Positions 1 through 8,498 of a stretch of DNA of 64,000 nucleotides are shown here, one piece after another. Position numbers and translations under genes: made by a program. The notes beneath the pieces were generated by a model, which saw only the letters and a list, made by a program, of their open reading frames with translations, searched no databases and had not been told where the DNA came from. Origin of the DNA: Patescibacteria group bacterium (GTDB taxonomy: Bacteria; Patescibacteriota; UBA1384; XYA2-FULL-43-10). The stretch is taken from the NCBI GenBank assembly GCA_041674405.1, contig JBAYVT010000001.1, forward strand, positions 103,967-167,966, in the 5' to 3' direction. The first letter of the stretch is position 1. Each line of letters begins with the position of its first letter.

Positions 1-1342
1 TTCGGATTGGTTTCTTGCCTCTATATGGTGGGACCAGCAAAGTTGAGATTGTGAGAGTGACGATCATACCGATCCATGCAATATATAAAATTCTTCTATA
101 AATAAATGGAAAATAGAAGGCCATTACCGTTTCTTTGAAAGAACCGTTCAATACAAGCGGATACCAAGACGCCGTTGCCAAAATGATTGAGGCCGTTGAC
201 CACGATACATGCGACTCCCAGAGTATTAGAGCATTTGACCAGCGATCTATCCAATGGATTTTTTTGTCCTTGATAGTGTGTTCCATCACATATGGTATAT
301 CGGAAACCCCCCAAGACCATCTTCGTTTCTGGAGATACTGCTCTTTGATCGTTGATTTCATATCTCCGGCCAAGATTGCATCCTGATAAATCGGAGTGTA
401 CAGCGGGACAACATCATGGTCGCCATTGAAACGATAATAGCTTCTCCAAAACTGATGGCCGTCCTCAACAACAGATTGCTTTGACCAGAAATCAGTCATT
501 TCCAGCGCAGCCATACTTTGAGCTTGTGCAGAAAAATTGCGCAAGCGCGAAGGCCTGGTAGCCACGATAAGCTGCCAAAAAGATGAACCCATCGCAATCA
601 GCCTCATCGGCATCGGCACATCCCAAATATTGTTGAAAAACATCGGTAATGGCTGAAAACTTTTATGAATCGGATCAGGATCAGTAAGATACAAATAAGT
701 GAGGCAGGGCAAATAATTTTTGTCCATTCTGTGATCGGCATCCATATTGGTCACGATAACATTGTCCAAGGGAATATTCTTTTTCTTGAAATATTCAAGC
801 ATGATTTTGCCAGAATACGTGATATTTGGCCCTTTGCCAATAATCTCGTTTGGCATATCTTTCGGGTGCATTATAACCAAATAATCTGCAACTTTATCTT
901 TATATTTTTCAGTAAGGATTTTTCCGTATGGCTCTGCTTGCTCTTTGGCGCGTTCCTCAATTGCCAAAACGTAAACGACTTTGTCCATTGGATAGTTTGA
1001 TTGATAAACAGATTGGATGGAGTGTTCAAGTATGGCGATGTCTTCTTTGTATGTTGGCACGATCACAAGGTGCCATATATCCTTGTAACTCTTGTCTGGC
1101 GGAAGCTGCTTCAATTTGGCGAACCAATCAATCTTTGTGTCTTTTCTGTAGTTTTTATAACCCAAAATGAGCCTGTATGACATAAAGAATGTGCGCACAA
1201 GCCAGAACGTGACATAAAACAGAAGCACTATCGCCAAAAACCTTGGGGCATAATAAGCCAGAAACAATGGGGATATAATCACAACCCAGGCAATCGCGCC
1301 AGGTAAAATTTCAAAAAATCGTTTGTATTTCCAGTTTGACAT
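1..1342 (-). CDS. Family 2 glycosyltransferase (processive, cellulose-synthase-like), partial; the 5' (N-terminal) end and start codon lie within the window at 1342 and the 3' end runs off the window edge at position 1
   Basis: Manual translation of the minus strand from ATG (rc 1340-1342) has no stop through to position 1. It contains the DxD motif (NMDADH) and the QxxRW motif (QKRRW) typical of processive GT2 enzymes, plus N- and C-terminal TM segments. It is absent from the ORF track because it runs off the edge. Confidence 0.75.
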   Translation of the reverse strand, partial: MSNWKYKRFFEILPGAIAWVVIISPLFLAYYAPRFLAIVLLFYVTFWLVRTFFMSYRLILGYKNYRKDTKIDWFAKLKQLPPDKSYKDIWHLVIVPTYKEDIAILEHSIQSVYQSNYPMDKVVYVLAIEERAKEQAEPYGKILTEKYKDKVADYLVIMHPKDMPNEIIGKGPNITYSGKIMLEYFKKKNIPLDNVIVTNMDADHRMDKNYLPCLTYLYLTDPDPIHKSFQPLPMFFNNIWDVPMPMRLIAMGSSFWQLIVATRPSRLRNFSAQAQSMAALEMTDFWSKQSVVEDGHQFWRSYYRFNGDHDVVPLYTPIYQDAILAGDMKSTIKEQYLQKRRWSWGVSDIPYVMEHTIKDKKIHWIDRWSNALILWESHVSWSTASIILATASWYPLVLNGSFKETVMAFYFPFIYRRILYIAWIGMIVTLTISTLLVPPYRGKKPIR

Positions 1343-1665
1343 TATTTATTCCCATAAATGTAGAACATTTCCAGCACGAAGATAAATATACTATAAAATG
1401 GCAATGCACCCAAAAGAAGATGAGAAATATGTTCGTCTTTTTTATACGAATATATGGATAATATAAGATGCAATATTAATATTACCAGAAGAAGTTGAAT
1501 TGGATAATAGTTCAGGCGAGTATATACAAAAATACCATTATCTGTAATTCCTTTTGTCCAAATGAAATATTCGATAATCCCAGAAACTGCGGCAACAATG
1601 ACAAAATATCGATTGAATAAATCGTTCCAAAGGCAATTTTTAATGTTTTCAAATAATATTTTCAT
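1342..1665 (-). CDS. Small polytopic membrane protein (hypothetical). Its stop overlaps the GT2 start (TAATG).
   Basis: 107-aa ORF, very hydrophobic, translationally coupled to the downstream GT2. Confidence 0.5.
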   Translation of the reverse strand: MKILFENIKNCLWNDLFNRYFVIVAAVSGIIEYFIWTKGITDNGIFVYTRLNYYPIQLLLVILILHLILSIYSYKKDEHISHLLLGALPFYSIFIFVLEMFYIYGNK

Positions 1666-1671
1666 ATTGTT

Positions 1672-1747
1672 TGGAGCCGAAACCGGGAGTCGAACCCGGG
1701 ACCTTCACTTTACGAAAGTGCTGCTCTACCAACTGAGCTATTTCGGC
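1672..1747 (-). tRNA. tRNA-Thr (anticodon CGT)
   Basis: rc reads GCCGAAA-TA-GCTC-AGTTGGTA-GAGC...TTCGTAA (anticodon CGT)...CCGGGTTCGACTCCCGG-TTTCGGC-T-CCA. Cloverleaf is recognisable and CCA is encoded. Confidence 0.85.
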
Positions 1748-1751
1748 AATA

Positions 1752-2018
1752 GGCGACTAACAGGCGGGCGAAAGCATTGCTCTATCGACTGAGACCCGAA
1801 GGGTACCCTTTCCCGAAGGAAAGACCCAACGGGTAGCCATTGGCTCCTTTGGCTTGGGTCTACGCTGGCGAATCAAAAATCCCCTCATAATTCACTCATA
1901 AAGATAGCAAATATTAGGGGATTACACAATGCATTTGTAGCTCCTCGACAAACTCGGGGTAAACAGTTACCCCAATTTCGCGATTACGTTCCGCGGGGCA
2001 GCCAGAATTGATATTGTT
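1752..2018. ncRNA. Unassigned GC-rich, hairpin-dense ~270-nt spacer between tRNA-Thr and tRNA-Gly. Candidate structured RNA; identity unknown.
   Basis: Perfect hairpins GGGGTAAC/GTTACCCC, ATCCCCT...AGGGGAT, CTTTCC-CGAA-GGAAAG and GACCCAA...TTGGGTC. A segment resembles a tRNA D-arm (CTCAGTCGATAGAGC). No ORF. Confidence 0.25.
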
Positions 2019-2092
2019 TGGAGCGGGATACCGGAATCGAACCGGCGACTTATCCTTGGGAAGGACACATTTTACCACTAAACTAATCCCGC
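2019..2092 (-). tRNA. tRNA-Gly (anticodon CCC)
   Basis: rc reads GCGGGAT-TA-GTTT-AGTGGTA-AAAT-G-TGTCC-TTCCCAA-GGATA-AGTC-GCCGG-TTCGATT-CCGGT-ATCCCGC-T-CCA. Confidence 0.85.
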
Positions 2093-2310
2093 ATTAACGC
2101 ATTCTGCTTCAAACCGCTCGAAATAGACGAAGTGAAGCAGGTCAACTAAACTAATCTGTGCTAGCAATAAAACACTTTATCTAAATCTCAGCTATTTTTC
2201 AACTATGGTTTATATATTATTGTTAGAAGTCCTAATTATTTTATTCAAAGGTAATGGTATAGTTAACCTTAGAATAAATTCAATTATTATTTTAACGGGA
2301 GGAGATGAAA

Positions 2311-2478
2311 ATGCCAACAAAAGCAGGAATCAAAAGACGCGGATTTGCATCTATGAGCCTAGAAAAACGGAAGAAAATTGCCAGCATGGGCGGCAAAGCC
2401 TCCCATGCCAAGGGTACAGCTCATGAATTCACACCCGAGGAAGCTAGAATCGCCGGGCGCAAAGGCGGACTGAAGTAG
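2311..2478 (+). CDS. KGG-repeat general stress protein (YciG/YmdF-like), 55 aa
   Basis: GGAGG RBS 8 nt upstream. Product is MPTKAGIKRRGFASMSLEKRKKIASMGGKASHAKGTAHEFTPEEARIAGRKGGLK with KGG-type repeats. It is under 60 aa, so it is missing from the ORF track; the listed 2205..2426 ORF is a different frame. Confidence 0.7.
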   Translation: MPTKAGIKRRGFASMSLEKRKKIASMGGKASHAKGTAHEFTPEEARIAGRKGGLK

Positions 2479-2585
2479 CTGCAATTTTGATTTTTTAAAT
2501 AAAAATTAATGATCAATTTTGAAAAAGTTGATAGGGATTTTTTTGTGTTGTAAAATAATAAAAAGAATAATAAAGAAGGGAGAAG

Positions 2586-2792
2586 ATGGAGACAAGGAAA
2601 CTAAACTGGGTGCTGACACTTGTTTTGTCAATCATTGTCGGGCAGCTAGGCGTGGACAGATTTATGATGGGACAAGTGGGGCTGGGAATTTTGAAATTAA
2701 TCACTGCCGGTGGCTGTGGCATATGGTGGATTATAGATATCATCCTTATTGCAACAAAGCACCCGTTCCCCGGAATTGAATGGGAAGCTTAA
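2586..2792 (+). CDS. TM2 domain-containing membrane protein
   Basis: GQLGVDRFMMGQVGLGILKLITAGGCGIWWIIDII matches the TM2 domain signature. AAGGGAGAAG RBS. Confidence 0.75.
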   Translation: METRKLNWVLTLVLSIIVGQLGVDRFMMGQVGLGILKLITAGGCGIWWIIDIILIATKHPFPGIEWEA

Positions 2793-2835
2793 TTTTTTGA
2801 AAAAAATAATTTCTAAATTTATTGAAATTATATCA

Positions 2836-3171
2836 ATGGGAACGCCACAAAGCGTTCTCATTGTTTTATCGTCTATTCTGATAGTCGAGGCCGCGGTCCC
2901 GGAAAACTTTTGGTTCAATAATTCACTATGGCATTGCCCGATACAACGATTTATTATGCCTCTATTTTTCGGCAGCCATTGTCCTTCCTCAGGATTTTTT
3001 GTCGGCTGCCGCTGCCCAGGTTGTGGGATGACCCATGCGTTATCGGCCTTGATGCATGGTAATTTGCATGCTGCAATTGACTATAACATTCTTGTGGTTC
3101 CCTTGTCTTTGGTTGTGCTGTATTTGATAATTTCAAGCATAATCCACTTATATAAAATTACCCGACAATAA
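2836..3171 (+). CDS. DUF2752 family protein (CPxCGxTR motif)
   Basis: CPGCGMTHA motif with flanking TM helices. This family is often next to TM2/CD225 genes. The true start could instead be the upstream alternative at 2749. Confidence 0.6.
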   Translation: MGTPQSVLIVLSSILIVEAAVPENFWFNNSLWHCPIQRFIMPLFFGSHCPSSGFFVGCRCPGCGMTHALSALMHGNLHAAIDYNILVVPLSLVVLYLIISSIIHLYKITRQ

Positions 3172-3225
3172 TTTCGACTTCAATAATGATAACTTTTTTC
3201 AAATCAAAAACTTTCATTCCGACCA

Positions 3226-3274
3226 AACGTAACAATTCTTCCGCGGTCACGGAAGAATTGTTACGTTTTTTATT
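3226..3274 (+). terminator. Rho-independent terminator (18-bp stem plus T7)
   Basis: AACGTAACAATTCTTCCG-cggtca-CGGAAGAATTGTTACGTT followed by TTTTTTA. Confidence 0.8.
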
Positions 3275-3389
3275 GTCATTTGTATTAAAATAGTTTTTTT
3301 GAAAAATCAGTTATAATATTTATATAGTATTTTTCATAGAATATTCAGAACAATAATTTATAAAATAATTTTAATTCACTGGAGGCACA

Positions 3390-3713
3390 ATGAAGCGTGG
3401 AATTGAAAGAGGCGGTGTGTCCGCCGACGAGCTAAGCGAATACGAAGAAATGGGTGTTCCAGAACCAGACAATCCGGTTTCGCGACAATTAGCAAAAGGG
3501 GAACAGATAGAAGGCACACAAAACCCGGGAAGACCAATATCACACGAATTACAACAAAGAGCTGCCGAAGCTCAAGTTGAAACTGCCGAGCACACAGAAG
3601 AGATAACGAGAGAACAGGAGCGCGCTCGCGAAGAAGAACAAAGACGCATTGCGGAGGTTCGCAGCAGCATCGAGGCAACGCCCGAGAGTGACGGCCCCAT
3701 AGAAGAAAATTAA
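3390..3713 (+). CDS. Acidic, low-complexity hypothetical protein (E/Q/R-rich, likely disordered)
   Basis: GGAGG RBS. The body is ~50% GC, noticeably richer than the flanks. Possibly stress/LEA-like, unassigned. Confidence 0.5.
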   Translation: MKRGIERGGVSADELSEYEEMGVPEPDNPVSRQLAKGEQIEGTQNPGRPISHELQQRAAEAQVETAEHTEEITREQERAREEEQRRIAEVRSSIEATPESDGPIEEN

Positions 3714-3726
3714 CTTTTTATTTAAC

Positions 3727-4164
3727 ATGTCTGAACAAAGAACAAAAGTTGGCGTCGGAGTAATGATTCTGCGTGGCGGTAAGATCCTTTTGGGTTTGCG
3801 GAATGAAGATGCAGAAAAAGCCAGTTCCGAACTTCATGGCGAGGGCACGTGGACAATGCCTGGCGGAAAGATGGATTTTCAAGAAAAACTGGTTGATCTT
3901 TGTTTTCGTGAAACAAAAGAGGAAACTGGGATCGAGATTGCCAAAGATAAACTAAAACTTATCAGCATTCAAGAAAACATCACCGCGGACAAGCATTTCA
4001 TCACACTGGGATTTCTCTCGGAAAATTTTTCCGGAGAGCCGAAAGTTTGCGAGCCGGATGAGATCATCGAGTGGCGCTGGTTTCCAATCGCCGATATTCC
4101 GGAAAATATCTTTCCACCAAGCAAACAGGTGCTAGATCACTATTTGAATCATAAAATATTCTAA
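3727..4164 (+). CDS. NUDIX hydrolase
   Basis: Nudix box [24 protein letters not shown]. Confidence 0.85.
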   Translation: MSEQRTKVGVGVMILRGGKILLGLRNEDAEKASSELHGEGTWTMPGGKMDFQEKLVDLCFRETKEETGIEIAKDKLKLISIQENITADKHFITLGFLSENFSGEPKVCEPDEIIEWRWFPIADIPENIFPPSKQVLDHYLNHKIF

Positions 4165-4502
4165 AATTTTTTCTCAGTATATTCTTTGATGGCAACAGCA
4201 TTATTGTGCTCGGTATCTTTTGCTGCGAATAACAGGGTAATATTTTTGTGCTTTTTCAAATTTTCAAGCTCTCCCCTATTCGACTCAAGTTCTAAAAAAT
4301 ATTTCTGTTTGAATTCTGACCATTTGTCATCGTTGTGGCCGAACCACTTTCGAAGCTCGTTTGACGGCGCAATCTCCTTGAGCCAAAGATCAATTTTCGC
4401 TTCTTCTTTTTTTATTCCCCTTGGCCACAACCGATCAACTAGAACTCGAAAGCCGTCATTTCTACTCGCTGGTTCATAAATTCGTTTGAGAATAATATCC
4501 AT
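4161..4502 (-). CDS. DUF488 (YeaO-like) family protein
   Basis: RIYEP...[41 protein letters not shown] matches the DUF488 signature. Confidence 0.8.
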   Translation of the reverse strand: MDIILKRIYEPASRNDGFRVLVDRLWPRGIKKEEAKIDLWLKEIAPSNELRKWFGHNDDKWSEFKQKYFLELESNRGELENLKKHKNITLLFAAKDTEHNNAVAIKEYTEKKF

Positions 4503-4562
4503 AATAACAGAATAAAATAAATTCGAGTGTATTGCTAGAACAAAATTTCCAAAATCAGACCC

Positions 4563-5486
4563 TTATAATGTTGGAGTTGGTTGAAAACGATTTTTGAAAT
4601 TATCAATCAGTTTTTGGAAAAATCCGATTGGCGATTTGCAAGTCGAATTAAACATTTGGATATCTTCACTTGATAGCATTGGGTCAGACAAATTTTGAGC
4701 TCCCAAGATTGAATACATTATTGAAGTATCAATCGCATCATGCCCAAGTGAAAGAGCGTGCCCTAGTTCGTGCATCAGAACCAAGCGTAATTCCTCACTG
4801 TTGCCAAATGTGAAAATATCAATTTTAGGATCAGCTGGATAATATAGCCCCGATGTAATAATCTTATTTTGGTCTGTACTAATTTCATTGTTCAACTGGC
4901 CCAAATTGGAATTATGGTCGTTAATTTGGATATTTAGAAGGCTGATGTAATCATTAATTTGCGAACGCCTTTTATCGAGATTGGCTTTTTCTGATTGTAA
5001 TCGGGTATATACTTCCTGCGGTGCTCCGCCGTGTAAATTCCAGTATTGAACGGTTGAATTATAATCATTCAAATCAGATTCGTAACTCGTAATCATGGAT
5101 TCCAATTTTGATTTTGCTGAATCAATCGCATTACCAGAAGAATCAAGATTTGCAACCTCGGAATTTAATTTATCAACATTTGCTTGGCGCTCATCATAGA
5201 CCAGGTTAATTTTTAATTTAGCTGATGAATCGTATAAGAGAACCTGCTCGCCGGCTTCCGAATTCCAACGACTAGTTGCATCATCGGCAATTTTTGACAA
5301 GTCTGAATTTGAAATTTTAAAACGCGGATCAACATTGCCAATGGCATACTTTACAGGAAGTTTGCATGGATTTTTCAAAAAAACAGAATATAAATAATAT
5401 CCTGCCATTAAAATCAGAATCAAAAAAATTGCTGCTGGCCAAAAACTACTGCGTTTATTCGAAGTTAGTTGGATATTTTCTTCCAT
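4563..5486 (-). CDS. Membrane-anchored zinc metalloprotease (matrixin/M10-like HExxHxxGxxH)
   Basis: N-terminal TM helix, a long coiled-coil-like N/S/Q-rich region, then HELGHALSLGHD. Confidence 0.75.
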   Translation of the reverse strand: MEENIQLTSNKRSSFWPAAIFLILILMAGYYLYSVFLKNPCKLPVKYAIGNVDPRFKISNSDLSKIADDATSRWNSEAGEQVLLYDSSAKLKINLVYDERQANVDKLNSEVANLDSSGNAIDSAKSKLESMITSYESDLNDYNSTVQYWNLHGGAPQEVYTRLQSEKANLDKRRSQINDYISLLNIQINDHNSNLGQLNNEISTDQNKIITSGLYYPADPKIDIFTFGNSEELRLVLMHELGHALSLGHDAIDTSIMYSILGAQNLSDPMLSSEDIQMFNSTCKSPIGFFQKLIDNFKNRFQPTPTL

Positions 5487-5529
5487 ACCAAAATTATATC
5501 GCCTTTGGAATTAGCATAAAAGATATTGA

Positions 5530-5900
5530 ATAAATAATATTCGGGGAGGGGCTCGCGTGATGCTAACCCCTGGGTCTCCCTCCGGCCAACGCTACGTGGC
5601 AGATCCCCTCGGAGCAGACGGGTATCTCAACGATTGTTGGCTTCTCCGGGTCATCGGATGGATACCTTACGAGCAAGATGAGTTGGCCGTCAGTGGCGTA
5701 GCTGGTGCTGAGCACCGCTGTCACAAGACCGAATATATCTTCTCGCACGCTCGGGATCCACACTTCATCACCCGGAGAGAAATGCCTGACACCGCGTAGC
5801 CGGGATGGCACCAGATTTTTAGCCACGAGGGCATTTTTCTGCGCCACCCAGCCATTCTGGGCACCTAAAGATGCGAGCACCTGGTGCTCACCCCTTTCCG
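5530..5900. other. GC-rich (~58%) ~370-bp island with no credible ORF. Candidate structured RNA or foreign fragment.
   Basis: Three overlapping ORFs in different frames (5557..5799+, 5563..5880-, 5705..5956+). The minus one starts on GTG with no RBS. Palindromes GGTGCTGAGCACC and GAGCACCTGGTGCTC. Confidence 0.3.
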
Positions 5901-5971
5901 TATGTCTAGCGTTATGTTTACTCTATACGAAAATTGACTTTTGTCAACAAAATTAATAGTTCTAGAACTGT

Positions 5972-6688
5972 TTATATTGCAAATTTGATAGCAAGATAGA
6001 TCACGGCCATACCGAGAATTGTCATGATAGTAGTCAGGAAACGTGGGTGGCGATGATGGGATTCGGGCACAAGATCAGATGCACCGATGTAAAGGAAAAA
6101 ACCACCAAAAACAGCAAGAATCAAACCCAGAGTACTTTCAGATACACTAAAGAAAAATGTCGAGAGAACGCCAAAAACCGGTGCAAGAGCATCGAATAGG
6201 AGTAATGTGAATGCCGTTTTTGATTTGCCGCGGTTTTTCAGAATGAAGTTGACGGTATTTATGCCATCGGAAAAATCGTGGGCAAGTACAGCCACAGCAA
6301 CGACGATGCCGACAACCGGCGAAACCTTGAATGCCAGACCGATTCCAAGGCCATCGAGAAAACTATGAATTATGAGAGTAATTGCTCCAGCTAAGCCATT
6401 ATGATTTTCATCTTTATGCTCATGATCACCATGCGCATGAATGACTAAAATGCGATCAAGTATCATAAAAAGTATGAAACCAATGGCAATGAATGTGGTT
6501 GCCAGCGATGAGTCATATTTTTCTGAAACCAATTCGATTGATTCCGGCAAAAGATCGAAAAGCGCCACACCAACCACCGCACCAGCAGAGAACCCGAGAA
6601 TGATATGAAGTTTGTCCTTGAAACGAAGAGCAAATAGCCCGCCAAGCAATGTGGCAAAGAATGTCGCGATCGCGAATGCAATAATCAT
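5972..6688 (-). CDS. ZIP family metal (zinc) transporter (ZupT-like)
   Basis: HDFSDGINTV and GASDLVPE motifs, His-rich loop HAHGDHEHKDENH, multiple TM helices. Confidence 0.85.
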   Translation of the reverse strand: MIIAFAIATFFATLLGGLFALRFKDKLHIILGFSAGAVVGVALFDLLPESIELVSEKYDSSLATTFIAIGFILFMILDRILVIHAHGDHEHKDENHNGLAGAITLIIHSFLDGLGIGLAFKVSPVVGIVVAVAVLAHDFSDGINTVNFILKNRGKSKTAFTLLLFDALAPVFGVLSTFFFSVSESTLGLILAVFGGFFLYIGASDLVPESHHRHPRFLTTIMTILGMAVIYLAIKFAI

Positions 6689-6727
6689 AACTCTACATTA
6701 GGTAATTTTTATTTGAATGTAAATAGA

Positions 6728-6757
6728 GGTAAAAATAGCCTTGCGGCTATTTTTACC
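6728..6757 (-). terminator. Hairpin terminator downstream of the DUF1254/DUF1214 gene
   Basis: GGTAAAAATAGCC-ttgc-GGCTATTTTTACC, 13-bp stem. Confidence 0.5.
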
Positions 6758-6824
6758 TTATTGGGGTCAATCGTGGACGATATTAGAACCATTACACGAA
6801 AATTACAGAAGAAATATCCGCAAG

Positions 6825-8276
6825 TTATTTTGCAGGCTGAATTGCCGGTAGTTGCCAGATTTTTCCATCGAGTATGCTATCAATTTTGTCTGATTGGGGT
6901 GCAAATAGACGCCACATCACTTCAAACCCTTGGCCACTAGCGGTCGGAAGCCAGTTGTTTTGTTTTGCCGAATCCGTAGGTTGTTCTGCCTGTAAATAGA
7001 AGTCGATTGAGCCATCGGAATTGGTTGAAAGCTCCGATGAATTGGTGAAGGCATAGCGGTTCAGCGAATTTGGAATCATCCCTCCCTTGAGATTATAAAC
7101 TGTCAACGACCACCCTTCGCTTGTTGGCGGCGGCGTCTGCATATGCAGGACATAATTGGTTGAGCCGTCGAGCGCTTTTTTATTGTGATCGCTCCAACTT
7201 AGAGCATAAATTGCCTGGTCCGCAGTGAACGCACCCAGGCCAACTTGAGAAACAACCGCACGCTTTTTGTAATCGGTCCCGTATTGTCCAAAACCTCCGA
7301 GCATATAGCCATTATATTTATCAAAATCCACAACCGCTTGTTCCTCGGTGTATTTTTTAATTTGATCTGGACCGGCAGCAACAGCATCATTTAAGCCCCG
7401 CAGCACATCACTATTTAGGCGAGAATTTTCTGAAGGTTTCATGCCGGGACCAATGCCAACTTCTGCAAATTTATTTAATTCTTCTTGGTCCCTTGCTGGC
7501 GGAATAAAGAGTTGAAGTTGCTCCCCAAGCTGATCGAAAAACTTTGCGTTGGTGGGTATTGAATATTTTGTTACTGTTGTTACTGGTTTAGATGGTGCCG
7601 ATGGTTGATAGCTTGTGCCAAATTTTGAAAGCGGTGTTAAAGCATAGCCATCCTGAATCTTGTTGACGGAGGCAAGATCACTCGCTCCTTTAAGTTGTGT
7701 CGAGCCGATAACCCAGATGCGTGAATAATCCGCATTAATTCGCTGTGCTCCTTCTGGAATCGCCACGTCTTTTTGAGAGGGATCAGCAATCACATAATCG
7801 CCCGGCTTTGTATTGCTGGCGCTGCCTAAATTTATGAGATTCTCGGTGTAAGGATCAAGAAGGGCCAAAACAAAATAGTGATCCGTCACTTCAGGCACAT
7901 GCAGAACTTGAGGCTCATCTTTAAGGTCGAGCCAGGCGATTGAAGACAAAGACGTTGCACCCGTTGCCACAACTGCCGAGCTGCCCGCATTGTTGAGTGT
8001 TCGCACATTATTAAACTGATTTGTCGGTCCGAATGCTCCCTCAGAGACATTGACACTTGTCATGCTCTGGAACGTGGCGTTGGTCGTCATTAGTGGCAAT
8101 CCATAGGTATAAGCTTCCAGACCGATTTTATATCCTTTGTCGTAGTTTGCGGTTTTTATGCGTTGCTTATAAGCTTTAGTTTGGCTAAATACTAAAAACC
8201 CAATACCTAATACCAAGATAATAATTCCAGTGATGAGAAAAAATTTTACCTTAGATCCCTTTTTGTCTTTTTCCAT
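6825..8276 (-). CDS. DUF1254/DUF1214 domain protein with N-terminal signal anchor
   Basis: LHVPEVTDHYFVLALLDPYTENL is a DUF1254-like core. ~480 aa with an N-terminal TM helix. Confidence 0.65.
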   Translation of the reverse strand: MEKDKKGSKVKFFLITGIIILVLGIGFLVFSQTKAYKQRIKTANYDKGYKIGLEAYTYGLPLMTTNATFQSMTSVNVSEGAFGPTNQFNNVRTLNNAGSSAVVATGATSLSSIAWLDLKDEPQVLHVPEVTDHYFVLALLDPYTENLINLGSASNTKPGDYVIADPSQKDVAIPEGAQRINADYSRIWVIGSTQLKGASDLASVNKIQDGYALTPLSKFGTSYQPSAPSKPVTTVTKYSIPTNAKFFDQLGEQLQLFIPPARDQEELNKFAEVGIGPGMKPSENSRLNSDVLRGLNDAVAAGPDQIKKYTEEQAVVDFDKYNGYMLGGFGQYGTDYKKRAVVSQVGLGAFTADQAIYALSWSDHNKKALDGSTNYVLHMQTPPPTSEGWSLTVYNLKGGMIPNSLNRYAFTNSSELSTNSDGSIDFYLQAEQPTDSAKQNNWLPTASGQGFEVMWRLFAPQSDKIDSILDGKIWQLPAIQPAK

Positions 8277-8374
8277 GCCCCTCCTAGTAATGTAAATTTA
8301 AGTTCCGTTTATTAAATTGTAACCTAGCTGCAACAAACAAAAAAGCCATACAATAAATTTATAGCCGTTTTGTT

Positions 8375-8410
8375 GGCTGGACATAGCAGATCCGGTTTGA
8401 ATTTTTTATG
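8375..8410. repeat. Imperfect direct repeat copy A (GGACATAGCAGATCCGGTTTGAA); partner at 9507-9540
   Basis: ~23/26 identity with GGACATAGCGGATCAGGTTAGAA. The pair brackets the 2-hydroxyacid dehydrogenase gene. Confidence 0.5.
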
Positions 8411-8498
8411 TTCAGGATAGAATTTCTAACCCAGATATAGCTTAACTGTTATAGAAGTGATAATCTTTAAGAACAACAATTATGTGATGGAAGTAACT

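Noticed and set aside
2205-2426. 73-aa ORF listed in the track
   Set aside because: Wrong frame. The real gene is the RBS-preceded KGG-repeat ORF 2311..2478.
5563-5880. 105-aa GC-rich ORF, GTG start
   Set aside because: No RBS, a non-ATG start, and overlap with two other equally long ORFs in other frames. Treated as part of a possible RNA or foreign fragment.
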